NCBI GenBank assembly: GCA_964651335.1
Contig: CAZYVT010000001.1
Coordinates: 42,171-106,170, forward strand
From: an uncultured Enterobacteriaceae bacterium
GTDB lineage: Bacteria; Pseudomonadota; Gammaproteobacteria; Burkholderiales; SG8-39
DNA length: 64,000 nt
Direction: 5' to 3'
The first letter of the stretch is position 1; each line of letters begins with the position of its first letter. The position numbers were made by a program, and so were the translations under genes. A model generated the notes under the pieces. It saw nothing but the letters and a program-made list of their open reading frames with translations. It was not told where the DNA came from and made no database searches. Positions 48,931 to 56,872 of the stretch are shown in pieces.

Positions 48931-50192
48931 TGAAAATCCTGATCCGCGGCGGTCGCGTGATCGATCCGGCGAGCGGGCGCGACGCGGTCGGCGACGTGTT
49001 TCTCGCAGACGGAAGAATTGCCGGATCTGCGGGAACGCCTGACCGGATCATCGAGGCCAAGGGTCTGGTGGTTGCGCCGGGCCTCATCGATCTGTCTGCT
49101 CGACTACGCGAGCCGGGCTACGAGTACAAGGCAACCCTGGAATCCGAGATGGAGGCCGCGGTCGCCGGCGGCGTCACCAGTCTCGCCTGCATGCCGGATA
49201 CCGACCCGCCGCTCGACGAGCCTGGTCTCGTGGACATGTTGCGGCGCCGGGCCAAGGCGCTTGCGCGCGTGCGCGTGTATCCGGTCGGCGCACTCACGGT
49301 GAAGCTCGAAGGCGCACGCCTCACCGAGATGGGGGAGCTCGCGGTGGCCGGCTGCGTTGCGTTTTCGCAGGCGAATGCGTCGATCGCCGATACGCAGGTG
49401 CTCTGGCGCGCGCTGCAGTATGCGGCTACGTTCGGCTATCCGGTCTGGCTGCGCGTCGAGGACCCCTGGCTCGCGAAAGGAGGTGTTGCGCACGACGGTG
49501 AAATCGCCACGCGCCTGGGTCTCTCCGGCATCCCGTCGTTCGCCGAGACGATTGCTCTCGGAACGCTGCTCGAGCTGGTTCGCGCCACCGGGGCGCGACT
49601 GCATGTATGCCGGCTCTCGAGCGCAGGGGCGGTTGACCTGATTCGCGCCGCGAAGAAGGAGAACCTCCCGGTCACCTGCGACGTCGGCATCCATCACGTG
49701 CACCTCTCCGAGGTGGACCTGGGTTACTTCGATTCGCATTGCCGGCTCGAGCCGCCGCTCAGGAGCCGGCGCGACCGCGAGGCGCTTTCACGGGCGCTCG
49801 CAGACGGCGCGATCGATTGTGCGGTCTCGGACCACACCCCGGTGGACGAGGACCAGAAGCAGCTGCCCTTCGCCGAAGCGGAGCCGGGCGCGACGGGCTT
49901 GGAGCTGCTATTGCCGCTGGTGCTCAAGTGGGGCGAGGAAAGAAAGCTTCCGCTCGTGAAATCGCTCGCCCGCGTCACGGCCGACGCCGCGCGCGTGCTC
50001 GGTGTGGCGTCGGGCCGCATCGAACCCGGCGCCCCGGGCGACGTAATCGTGTTCGATCCGCAGGCGCCCTTTCGAGTCACGCCCGAGGCCCTGAAGAGCC
50101 AGGGCAAGAACTCCCCGTTTCTCGGCCACGAGCTCGCGGGCCGGGTGCGCGCCACGATCGTCGCCGGCAACGTCGTGTACGAGCAGATGTGA
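48930..50192 (+). CDS. pyrC: Dihydroorotase-like protein, probably non-catalytic PyrC'
   Basis: Amidohydrolase fold, but the first metal-binding HxH is replaced (GLIDLSARLREPG at 49089-49103 instead of DLHVHLREPG). Immediately follows pyrB. Confidence 0.8.
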   Translation: MKILIRGGRVIDPASGRDAVGDVFLADGRIAGSAGTPDRIIEAKGLVVAPGLIDLSARLREPGYEYKATLESEMEAAVAGGVTSLACMPDTDPPLDEPGLVDMLRRRAKALARVRVYPVGALTVKLEGARLTEMGELAVAGCVAFSQANASIADTQVLWRALQYAATFGYPVWLRVEDPWLAKGGVAHDGEIATRLGLSGIPSFAETIALGTLLELVRATGARLHVCRLSSAGAVDLIRAAKKENLPVTCDVGIHHVHLSEVDLGYFDSHCRLEPPLRSRRDREALSRALADGAIDCAVSDHTPVDEDQKQLPFAEAEPGATGLELLLPLVLKWGEERKLPLVKSLARVTADAARVLGVASGRIEPGAPGDVIVFDPQAPFRVTPEALKSQGKNSPFLGHELAGRVRATIVAGNVVYEQM

Positions 50193-51040
50193 GAGCGCTG
50201 GCTGCCGCGCTCGCACTGCTCGTCGCCGGCTGCAGCGTGTTCTCAAAGCGCGAGACGCCCGGGGAGGTTCCCGCGCGCGGCGGCTACTACAAGGACGACG
50301 GTCCGGGGGAAGGCGCGCCGCCCAACCTGGACGCGATTCCAGATGCCGTGCCGAAGGCCGAGCCGCTGCATCGGTTCGCCAACCGGCCCTATCAGGTGTT
50401 CGGCCGCGACTACGTGCCGCTCGCCGGCGTCGCTCCGTTCCGGCAGCGCGGCGTGGCGAGCTGGTACGGCAGGCGCTTTCACGGCGGCAACACTTCGAGC
50501 GGCGAGCCGTACGACATGTACGCGATGACGGCGGCGCATCCGACGCTGCCAATCCCGAGCTACGCGCGCGTCACCAGCCTCGCAAACGGGCGCAGCGTGC
50601 TGGTGCGCGTGAACGACCGCGGGCCGTTTCACGCCAGTCGGGTGATCGATCTGTCCTACGCTGCGGCGTACAAGCTGGGCTATGTGGAGTCCGGCAGCGC
50701 GCAGGTCGAGATCGAGGCCGTCGTGCCCGGCGGCACCGTCGTCGCTGCGGCGGCGAGCGCGCCTGCGCCGGCAGCGGACAACGTCGTGCCGGCAGCGGGT
50801 GCGGAGGCGAAAGGCGTCTATCTCCAGCTCGGCGCCTTCGCGGTGCGCGAAAACGCCGAAGCCTTCCGCGCCCGGATGATGCGCGAGTTTGCGTGGCTGC
50901 AGGACGCGATCCAGGTGATCGCGGGCGGAACGCTGTTCAGACTGCACCTCGGCCCGTACCGCTCGCAGGACGATGCGCGCGCGATCGCCGATCGAATCCG
51001 GTCGGAAATCAGCCTCTCGCCGCTGCTCATCGTGCGATAG
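50189..51040 (+). CDS. rlpA: Septal ring lytic transglycosylase RlpA (lipoprotein with DPBB + SPOR domains)
   Basis: The GTG at 50189 overlaps the pyrC' stop. Lipobox LLVAGC. ASWYG..FHG..TSSGE.YDM..MTAAH.TLP, and a C-terminal SPOR-like YLQLGAF. Confidence 0.8.
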   Translation: MRALAAALALLVAGCSVFSKRETPGEVPARGGYYKDDGPGEGAPPNLDAIPDAVPKAEPLHRFANRPYQVFGRDYVPLAGVAPFRQRGVASWYGRRFHGGNTSSGEPYDMYAMTAAHPTLPIPSYARVTSLANGRSVLVRVNDRGPFHASRVIDLSYAAAYKLGYVESGSAQVEIEAVVPGGTVVAAAASAPAPAADNVVPAAGAEAKGVYLQLGAFAVRENAEAFRARMMREFAWLQDAIQVIAGGTLFRLHLGPYRSQDDARAIADRIRSEISLSPLLIVR

Positions 51041-51088
51041 CCCGGCGCCGGGGCGTATAATTCGCTGCTTTTTTCGCAGTACTTCCCG

Positions 51089-52210
51089 ATGCTTCGATCC
51101 CTTGCCGTAGTCACGCTGTTGGTCGCCGGCGCGTATGCGCACGCACAGCAGCCTCCCTCCGTCATCGGCCGCGCCTGGGTGCTCGCCGATCTCTCGAGCG
51201 GCCAGCTGCTCGCAGCCGAGAAAGCGGACGAGCGGTTCGAGCCGGCTTCGCTCACCAAGCTGATGACGGCGTATCTGGTCTTCAGGGCGCTGAAGGAGAA
51301 AAAGCTCTCGCTCGAGCAGCAGATCAGCGTCTCGGAGCGCGCATGGCGCGCCGCCGGTTCGCGCATGTTCGTCGAGCCGCGCAAGCCTGTCGCCGTGGAG
51401 GAGCTGATCCGGGGAATGGTGATCCAGTCGGGCAACGATGCCTGCATCGCGCTCGCCGAGGCGGTGGCGGGTTCGGAAGAGGCGTTCGCACAGGCGATGA
51501 ATCGCGAGGCCGCGCGCCTCGGCATGAAGAATACGAAGTTCATGAACGCTTCTGGACTGCCGGATCCGCAGCACTACTCCACGGCGCACGACCTGCATCT
51601 GCTTGCCGCTGCGCTGATCCGCGATTTTCCCGAGCCCTACGCACAGTACTACTCGCAGAAGCAGTTCCGCTACAACAACATCACGCAGCCCAACCGGAAC
51701 CGGCTGCTGTGGCTCGATCCGACGGTGGACGGCGTCAAGACCGGGTTCACCGAGGCGGCGGGATATTGCCTGATCGCTTCCTCCCGGCGCGGACCGCGGC
51801 GGCTGCTCTCGGTGCTGCTCGGCTCGACTTCGGAATCCACCCGCGCCCAGGAGTCGCAGAAACTGCTCAACTGGGGATTCCAGTTCTTCGACGCGGTGAA
51901 GCTCTATGACAAGGGGCGGGCGGTGAAGGTGATCGAAGTGTGGAAGGGCGACAAGCGCGAGGTGAAGGCCGGATTCCAGGGCGATCTGGTGGTCACCGTG
52001 CCCAAGGGGCAGGCGGAAAAACTCAAGGCGGAGCTGCTGACACAGTCGCCGATCATCGCGCCGGTGAGCGAAGGGCAGCGGGTAGGAGCATTGCGCGTTT
52101 CCCTGGACGGCAAGCCGCTCGGCGAATATCCGGTCTACGCGCTCGAGAGCGTCGCGCAGGCGGGTCTCCTGGGTCGTGCCTGGGATACACTCAGGCTGTG
52201 GTTGAAATAA
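51089..52210 (+). CDS. dacC: D-alanyl-D-alanine carboxypeptidase (PBP5/6 class)
   Basis: Signal peptide plus SLTK (SxxK), SGND (SxN), KTGFT (KTG). 373 aa. Confidence 0.9.
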   Translation: MLRSLAVVTLLVAGAYAHAQQPPSVIGRAWVLADLSSGQLLAAEKADERFEPASLTKLMTAYLVFRALKEKKLSLEQQISVSERAWRAAGSRMFVEPRKPVAVEELIRGMVIQSGNDACIALAEAVAGSEEAFAQAMNREAARLGMKNTKFMNASGLPDPQHYSTAHDLHLLAAALIRDFPEPYAQYYSQKQFRYNNITQPNRNRLLWLDPTVDGVKTGFTEAAGYCLIASSRRGPRRLLSVLLGSTSESTRAQESQKLLNWGFQFFDAVKLYDKGRAVKVIEVWKGDKREVKAGFQGDLVVTVPKGQAEKLKAELLTQSPIIAPVSEGQRVGALRVSLDGKPLGEYPVYALESVAQAGLLGRAWDTLRLWLK

Positions 52211-52221
52211 CAATTACAATG

Positions 52222-52250
52222 AAACCGGCACGGCGCCGCGGCGCCGGTTT
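52222..52250 (+). terminator. Candidate intrinsic terminator after dacC
   Basis: AAACCGGC..(GC-rich loop)..GCCGGTTT inverted repeat followed by a short T-run, 12 nt after the stop. The U-tract is weak. Confidence 0.35.
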
Positions 52251-52274
52251 CGAAACGCGGGAAAAGGCGGAACC

Positions 52275-53153
52275 ATGGTCTTTCTAAACGGCAGGTTTCT
52301 TCCGCTCGAGCAGGCCCTGGTGCCGGTGCTCGACCGCGGCTTCATTTTCGGCGACGGGGTCTACGAGCTCGTGCCGGTGTATTCGCGCGTGCCGTTCCGC
52401 CTCGAGGAGCACCTTGCGCGCCTGGAGCGCAGCCTTGCGGCGGCGCGGATCCGCAACCCGCACGCGCGGCGTGAGTGGCGCGACATCATTACGCAGCTCA
52501 TCGCAAAACAGCCCTTCGAGGACCAGGGCGTGTACTTCCAGGTCACGCGCGGCGTGGCGAAGCGCGATCACGCCTTTCCGCGGGACGCCGAACCCACCGT
52601 GTTCATCATGTCCAACCCGATGGTCAACCCGCCGCGCGAAGTGATCGAGCGCGGAGCCGAAGCGGTGAGCGCACCGGACAACCGCTGGCTGCGCTGCGAC
52701 ATCAAATCGATTTCGCTCATCGGAAATTGCCTCTTGCGCCAGGTTTCGGCCGATGCCGGCGCCGCGGAGACGATCCTGTTTCGTGACGGCAAGCTCACCG
52801 AGGCCTCGGCCTCGAACGTCTTCGTGGTCCGCGGCGGCGTCATCCAGGGGCCCCCGAAGTCGAACCTGATCCTGCCCGGGATCACGTACGACGTGGTGCT
52901 GGAACTCGCGCAGGGCGCGCGGCTGCCGGTCGAGATCCGCGAGGTCACCGAGGGCGAAACGCGCATGGCGGACGAAATCTGGGTCACCTCGTCGTCGAAG
53001 GAGGTGCTCGCGATCGTGAAGCTCGATGGCAGGCCGGTCGGAAAAGGCAAGCCCGGGCCGGTGTTTCGCCGCATGTACCAGCTCTACCAGGACTTCAAGC
53101 AGACGGTGATGCGCGCGGGCGACAGGAAGGAGACGGCGGTCCGCGCCGCCTAG
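52275..53153 (+). CDS. dat: Class IV aminotransferase (D-amino acid aminotransferase-like)
   Basis: DRGFIFGDGVYE, CDIKSISL, ASNVFVV. 292 aa. Confidence 0.8.
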   Translation: MVFLNGRFLPLEQALVPVLDRGFIFGDGVYELVPVYSRVPFRLEEHLARLERSLAAARIRNPHARREWRDIITQLIAKQPFEDQGVYFQVTRGVAKRDHAFPRDAEPTVFIMSNPMVNPPREVIERGAEAVSAPDNRWLRCDIKSISLIGNCLLRQVSADAGAAETILFRDGKLTEASASNVFVVRGGVIQGPPKSNLILPGITYDVVLELAQGARLPVEIREVTEGETRMADEIWVTSSSKEVLAIVKLDGRPVGKGKPGPVFRRMYQLYQDFKQTVMRAGDRKETAVRAA

Positions 53154-53176
53154 GCGCCGCGGCCTGGGAAGCGGGC

Positions 53177-53443
53177 GTGGAAGCGGACCAGGCGCCGCTC
53201 GCATTTCCGTGCCCGTTTCCGATCAAGGTGATGGGCCGGCGCGAGCGCGGCTTCGCACAGCAGGTGATGGAAATCGTCCTGCGCCACGCCCCGGAGTTCG
53301 AGCCGGCGAGCATCGAGATGCGTCCCAGCCGCAAGGGCCAGTACCTGAACCTCACCTGCGTGGTGCGCGCCACTTCGCGCGAGCAGCTCGACGCGCTCTA
53401 CCAGGATTTGTGCGACCACCCTTCGGTCGTGATGGTGCTGTGA
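53177..53443 (+). CDS. ybeD: YbeD-family protein (DUF493)
   Basis: 88 aa, FPCPFPIKVMG, upstream of lipB as usual. Confidence 0.8.
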   Translation: MEADQAPLAFPCPFPIKVMGRRERGFAQQVMEIVLRHAPEFEPASIEMRPSRKGQYLNLTCVVRATSREQLDALYQDLCDHPSVVMVL

Positions 53444-54063
53444 TGCTGGTCGACGCGCCCGCAGTGGTGGTGAAGCATCTAGGTCTCGCGGACTACGTCC
53501 CGACCGTGGAGGCGATGCGCGCGTTCAACGCGAGCCGCACTCACGATACGCCCGACGAGCTCTGGCTGCTCGAGCACCCGCCCGTGTACACGCTCGGCGT
53601 GGGCGCCGATCCTTCCTACGGTCCGCACGTCGACCACGGAATCCCGGTCGTGCAATGCGAGCGCGGCGGGGAGATTACCTATCACGGCCCGGGGCAGGTC
53701 GTCCTGTACACGCTGGTGGACTTGGCCCGGCGCGGGATCAAGGTAAAGCAGTTCGTCTGGCTTCTGGAACAATCGATCATCGACCTCCTTGGGGGTCGCG
53801 GCGAGCGAAAACCGGGTGCTCCGGGTGTCTACGTCGGCGAAGCGAAGATCGCGGCCCTCGGACTGCGTGTTTCCCGCGGGAGGGCCTATCATGGGCTCGC
53901 GCTCAACGTGGATATGGATCTTGCACCCTTCGCTGCGATCGATCCCTGCGGCTATCCCGGCCTTCCCGTGACGCAGGCGCGTGACCAGGGGATTGAGGGC
54001 TCGGTGCTTATGCTCGGTGACCGGCTGGCGGAAATCCTGATCGGAAAGATCGAGCATGCGTGA
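53443..54063 (+). CDS. lipB: Octanoyltransferase
   Basis: Internal ATG of ORF 53209..54063 overlaps the ybeD stop (TGATG). [29 protein letters not shown]. Confidence 0.9.
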   Translation: MLVDAPAVVVKHLGLADYVPTVEAMRAFNASRTHDTPDELWLLEHPPVYTLGVGADPSYGPHVDHGIPVVQCERGGEITYHGPGQVVLYTLVDLARRGIKVKQFVWLLEQSIIDLLGGRGERKPGAPGVYVGEAKIAALGLRVSRGRAYHGLALNVDMDLAPFAAIDPCGYPGLPVTQARDQGIEGSVLMLGDRLAEILIGKIEHA

Positions 54064-55009
54064 AGCCGGCGTCAAGGAAAAAGGGCAGGCGAAGACCGCG
54101 CGAGTCATGCTGAAAAGCGCGGTCAAGATCGTGCCGCGCGCGCCGCTTCCCAAGCCCGGGTGGATCCGCGTGCGCGTCGCGGGCGCTGGTTCGCGCTTCC
54201 ACGACATCAAACAGATTCTCCGCGAGCAGCGGCTGCACACCGTGTGCGAGGAAGCCTCCTGCCCGAACATCGGCGAATGCTTCGGCAATGGCACTGCCAC
54301 CTTCATGATCCTCGGCGACATCTGCACGCGGCGCTGCCCGTTCTGCGACGTCGCGCACGGCAGGCCGCTTGCGCCCGATCGCGAGGAGCCGGAGCACCTT
54401 GCGGACACGATCGCGCGCCTCGGGCTCGGCTACGTTGTCATCACCAGCGTGGACCGCGACGACCTGCGGGACGGCGGCGCGCAGCACTTCGTCGACTGCA
54501 TCCGCGCGGTGCGCGAGCGCTCGCCACGCACCACGATCGAGACCCTGGTGCCCGATTTCCGCGGCCGCGCGGAGCGGGCGCTGGAAGTGCTCGCCTCGGC
54601 GCCGCCGGATGTCATGAACCACAATCTGGAAACCGTGCCGCGCCTGTATCGTCAGGCCCGTCCCGGCGGCCATTACGCGCAGTCGCTCGCGGTGCTGAAG
54701 GAATTCAAGCGCCGCCATCCTCGCGTGCCGACCAAGTCGGGGCTGATGGTGGGCTTGGGCGAGACGGACGACGAGATCCTGGCCGTGATGCGCGATCTGC
54801 GTGCGCACGACGTGGACTTGCTCACCATCGGGCAGTATCTCGCGCCTTCGGCGCATCACCTGCCGGTCGAGCGCTACGTGCATCCGGAAACTTTCGGCAT
54901 GTTCGAGCGCGAGGCGAGGGCGATGGGCTTTCGCAACGCCGCGATCGGAGCGCTCGTTCGTTCTTCGTACCACGCCGACCGGCAGGCGCACTCGGCTGGA
55001 ATCGAATAG
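54056..55009 (+). CDS. lipA: Lipoyl synthase
   Basis: [12 protein letters not shown] and radical-SAM CTRRCPFC clusters. 317 aa. Confidence 0.95.
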   Translation: MREAGVKEKGQAKTARVMLKSAVKIVPRAPLPKPGWIRVRVAGAGSRFHDIKQILREQRLHTVCEEASCPNIGECFGNGTATFMILGDICTRRCPFCDVAHGRPLAPDREEPEHLADTIARLGLGYVVITSVDRDDLRDGGAQHFVDCIRAVRERSPRTTIETLVPDFRGRAERALEVLASAPPDVMNHNLETVPRLYRQARPGGHYAQSLAVLKEFKRRHPRVPTKSGLMVGLGETDDEILAVMRDLRAHDVDLLTIGQYLAPSAHHLPVERYVHPETFGMFEREARAMGFRNAAIGALVRSSYHADRQAHSAGIE

Positions 55010-55017
55010 GAGGACTC

Positions 55018-55695
55018 ATGTTGAGATTTCTGCTCGCACTCATGCTTGTAGTCGGCCCCGGCGCGGCGTCGGCGCAGCTCGACAAGATTTCCAACCAGGA
55101 CGCCACCTCGGGCCTCAGGGCGGCGCTCGAGAAGGGCTCGCAGGTGGCGGTAGCGAGCCTCGGCAAGCCTGACGGTTTTTTCCGCAACGGCGCGGTGAAG
55201 ATCCCGCTCCCCGACTCGCTCAAGCGCTACGAGAAGCTGATGCGCGGCGTCGGCATGGGGAAGTACGCGGATGAGCTGATTCTTACGATGAACCGCGCGG
55301 CGGAAGCCGCGGTGCCGGAAGCGAAAGCGCTGCTCGTCGATGCGGTGAAGAAGATGACCGTCCAGGATGCCAAGGGCATCCTCACCGGCGGCAACACCGC
55401 CGGCACCGAATACTTCAAGCGCACCACCTCGGAGCCGCTGCGCGGAAAATTCCTGCCGGTCGTGGCGCAGGCGACCAGGAAGGTGAAGCTCGCCGACAAG
55501 TACAACCAGTACGCCGCGAAGGGCGCGCAGTTCGGCCTGGTGAAGAAAGAGGACGCGAACCTCGACGGCTACGTCACGCAGAAAGCTCTCGACGGGTTGT
55601 TCTTCATGGTCGCCGAGGAAGAAAAGAAAATCCGCGAGAACCCGGTCAAGGCGGGGAGCGAGATCCTCAGGAAGGTCTTCGGCGCGCTGAAGTGA
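55018..55695 (+). CDS. DUF4197-like secreted protein
   Basis: C-terminal part of ORF 54160..55695 starting MLRFLLALMLVVGPGAASA (signal peptide). 225 aa. Confidence 0.75.
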   Translation: MLRFLLALMLVVGPGAASAQLDKISNQDATSGLRAALEKGSQVAVASLGKPDGFFRNGAVKIPLPDSLKRYEKLMRGVGMGKYADELILTMNRAAEAAVPEAKALLVDAVKKMTVQDAKGILTGGNTAGTEYFKRTTSEPLRGKFLPVVAQATRKVKLADKYNQYAAKGAQFGLVKKEDANLDGYVTQKALDGLFFMVAEEEKKIRENPVKAGSEILRKVFGALK

Positions 55696-55746
55696 TCATC
55701 CATGCGCCATGGTGTTCGTCGAGACGAGCCTCTTCAGATTTGAACT

Positions 55747-56139
55747 ATGGCTGAACGCAATATCGGCAAGGAAATCATCGAGGGTCTGAAAGAGATCAAG
55801 GCCTGGAAACGCGGCGAGGTGAAACTCAGGACGTTCACCGTGGAGCTGCCGCGCGCCGCTGACGTGCGGCACATTCGCCGCAGCCTCGGCTTCTCTCAGC
55901 CCGAATTCGCCCTGTTCATGGGCGTGAGCGTGGCGACACTGCGCAACTGGGAGCAAGAACGCCGCGAACCGTATGGTCCGGCGCGCGCGCTGTTGCTCGT
56001 GGCGGCCAGACAGCCTCAAGCGGTACGCGATGCCTTCGCATCCGCGGCGCCAGGCCCCAAGAACAAGGTCTATTCGAAGACGGGCTCCGCGGCGTCATTT
56101 CCCGGTAAGTCGTACATCGGAGTATTCTTTCGGCTATGA
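55747..56139 (+). CDS. XRE/MqsA-type HTH antitoxin-like regulator without an adjacent cognate toxin
   Basis: IRRSLGFSQPEFALFMGVSVATLRNWEQERREP, typical of COG2944-type antitoxins. Only 51 nt separate it from the upstream gene. Confidence 0.7.
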   Translation: MAERNIGKEIIEGLKEIKAWKRGEVKLRTFTVELPRAADVRHIRRSLGFSQPEFALFMGVSVATLRNWEQERREPYGPARALLLVAARQPQAVRDAFASAAPGPKNKVYSKTGSAASFPGKSYIGVFFRL

Positions 56140-56360
56140 AGATAGCGACAGGGAAGGTTGTCGGCGGCAAGGTCGTGGTCGACGGGGCACCCCTGGAGGA
56201 GGGAGCGTCGGTGACTGTGTTGGCCAGAGACGGCGAGAATGGCTTTACCTTGTCCCCCGAGGAAGAGGCTGAACTCCTGCTGTCTATCGCCGAGGCCGAC
56301 CGTGGCGAGACGATCTCTGCCGAAGAGGTGCTTGCGAAGCTTGCCCGCCGTCACGGCTGA
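56136..56360 (+). CDS. Putative antitoxin (small acidic protein preceding a ParE/RelE toxin)
   Basis: 74 aa with an acidic C-terminal half, SPEEEAELLLSIAEADRGETISAEEVLAKL. ATGA overlap with the upstream gene, and 7 nt before the toxin gene. Confidence 0.6.
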   Translation: MKIATGKVVGGKVVVDGAPLEEGASVTVLARDGENGFTLSPEEEAELLLSIAEADRGETISAEEVLAKLARRHG

Positions 56361-56367
56361 ATAGGCT

Positions 56368-56661
56368 GTGCGAATTCGGGTCACCAAGCGCGCCGACGCG
56401 CATATTGAGCAGGCCGCCATTTGGTGGGAGCAGAATCGTCCCCTTTCTCCCGGCGCGTTAGACGAAGAGCTGGCGGAGGCTTTTGCGCTTCTGATCTCTC
56501 AACCGGCTATTGGCGCCCCGGCCTTGAACGCCAAGACGAGGGGCGTGAGGCGCGTCCATCTGGCGCGAGTTCACTACTACCTTTACTACCGGCTCCGCGG
56601 TGAGCAAATTGAAGTGCTTGCCCTCTGCCACACGAGTCGTGGCACTCCGCCACCGGTCTAG
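56368..56661 (+). CDS. parE: ParE/RelE-family type II toxin
   Basis: 97 aa, GTG start. Typical family layout (A..I..A..WW, then ..RRV.L.R..YYLYYR....IEVLAL.H..R). Confidence 0.75.
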   Translation: MRIRVTKRADAHIEQAAIWWEQNRPLSPGALDEELAEAFALLISQPAIGAPALNAKTRGVRRVHLARVHYYLYYRLRGEQIEVLALCHTSRGTPPPV

Positions 56662-56872
56662 GCCGGCTGAGATGACGCCGAACTTCAGGTGGAACGGACG
56701 GGCCGCCAGCGCCGTGCTTTCATCAGCCGCCATTTTGGCCTGCCGTTCACCAAGACGTTAACTCAGTCGCACCTTCAATAGCCAAGAGTGCCCAGATTTG
56801 GCCTGGTCGGGGAGCCAACCTAAACTCAAACTCGCGCGGACAGCGGAGGTGCGGCGGAATCGTCAAGCGATA

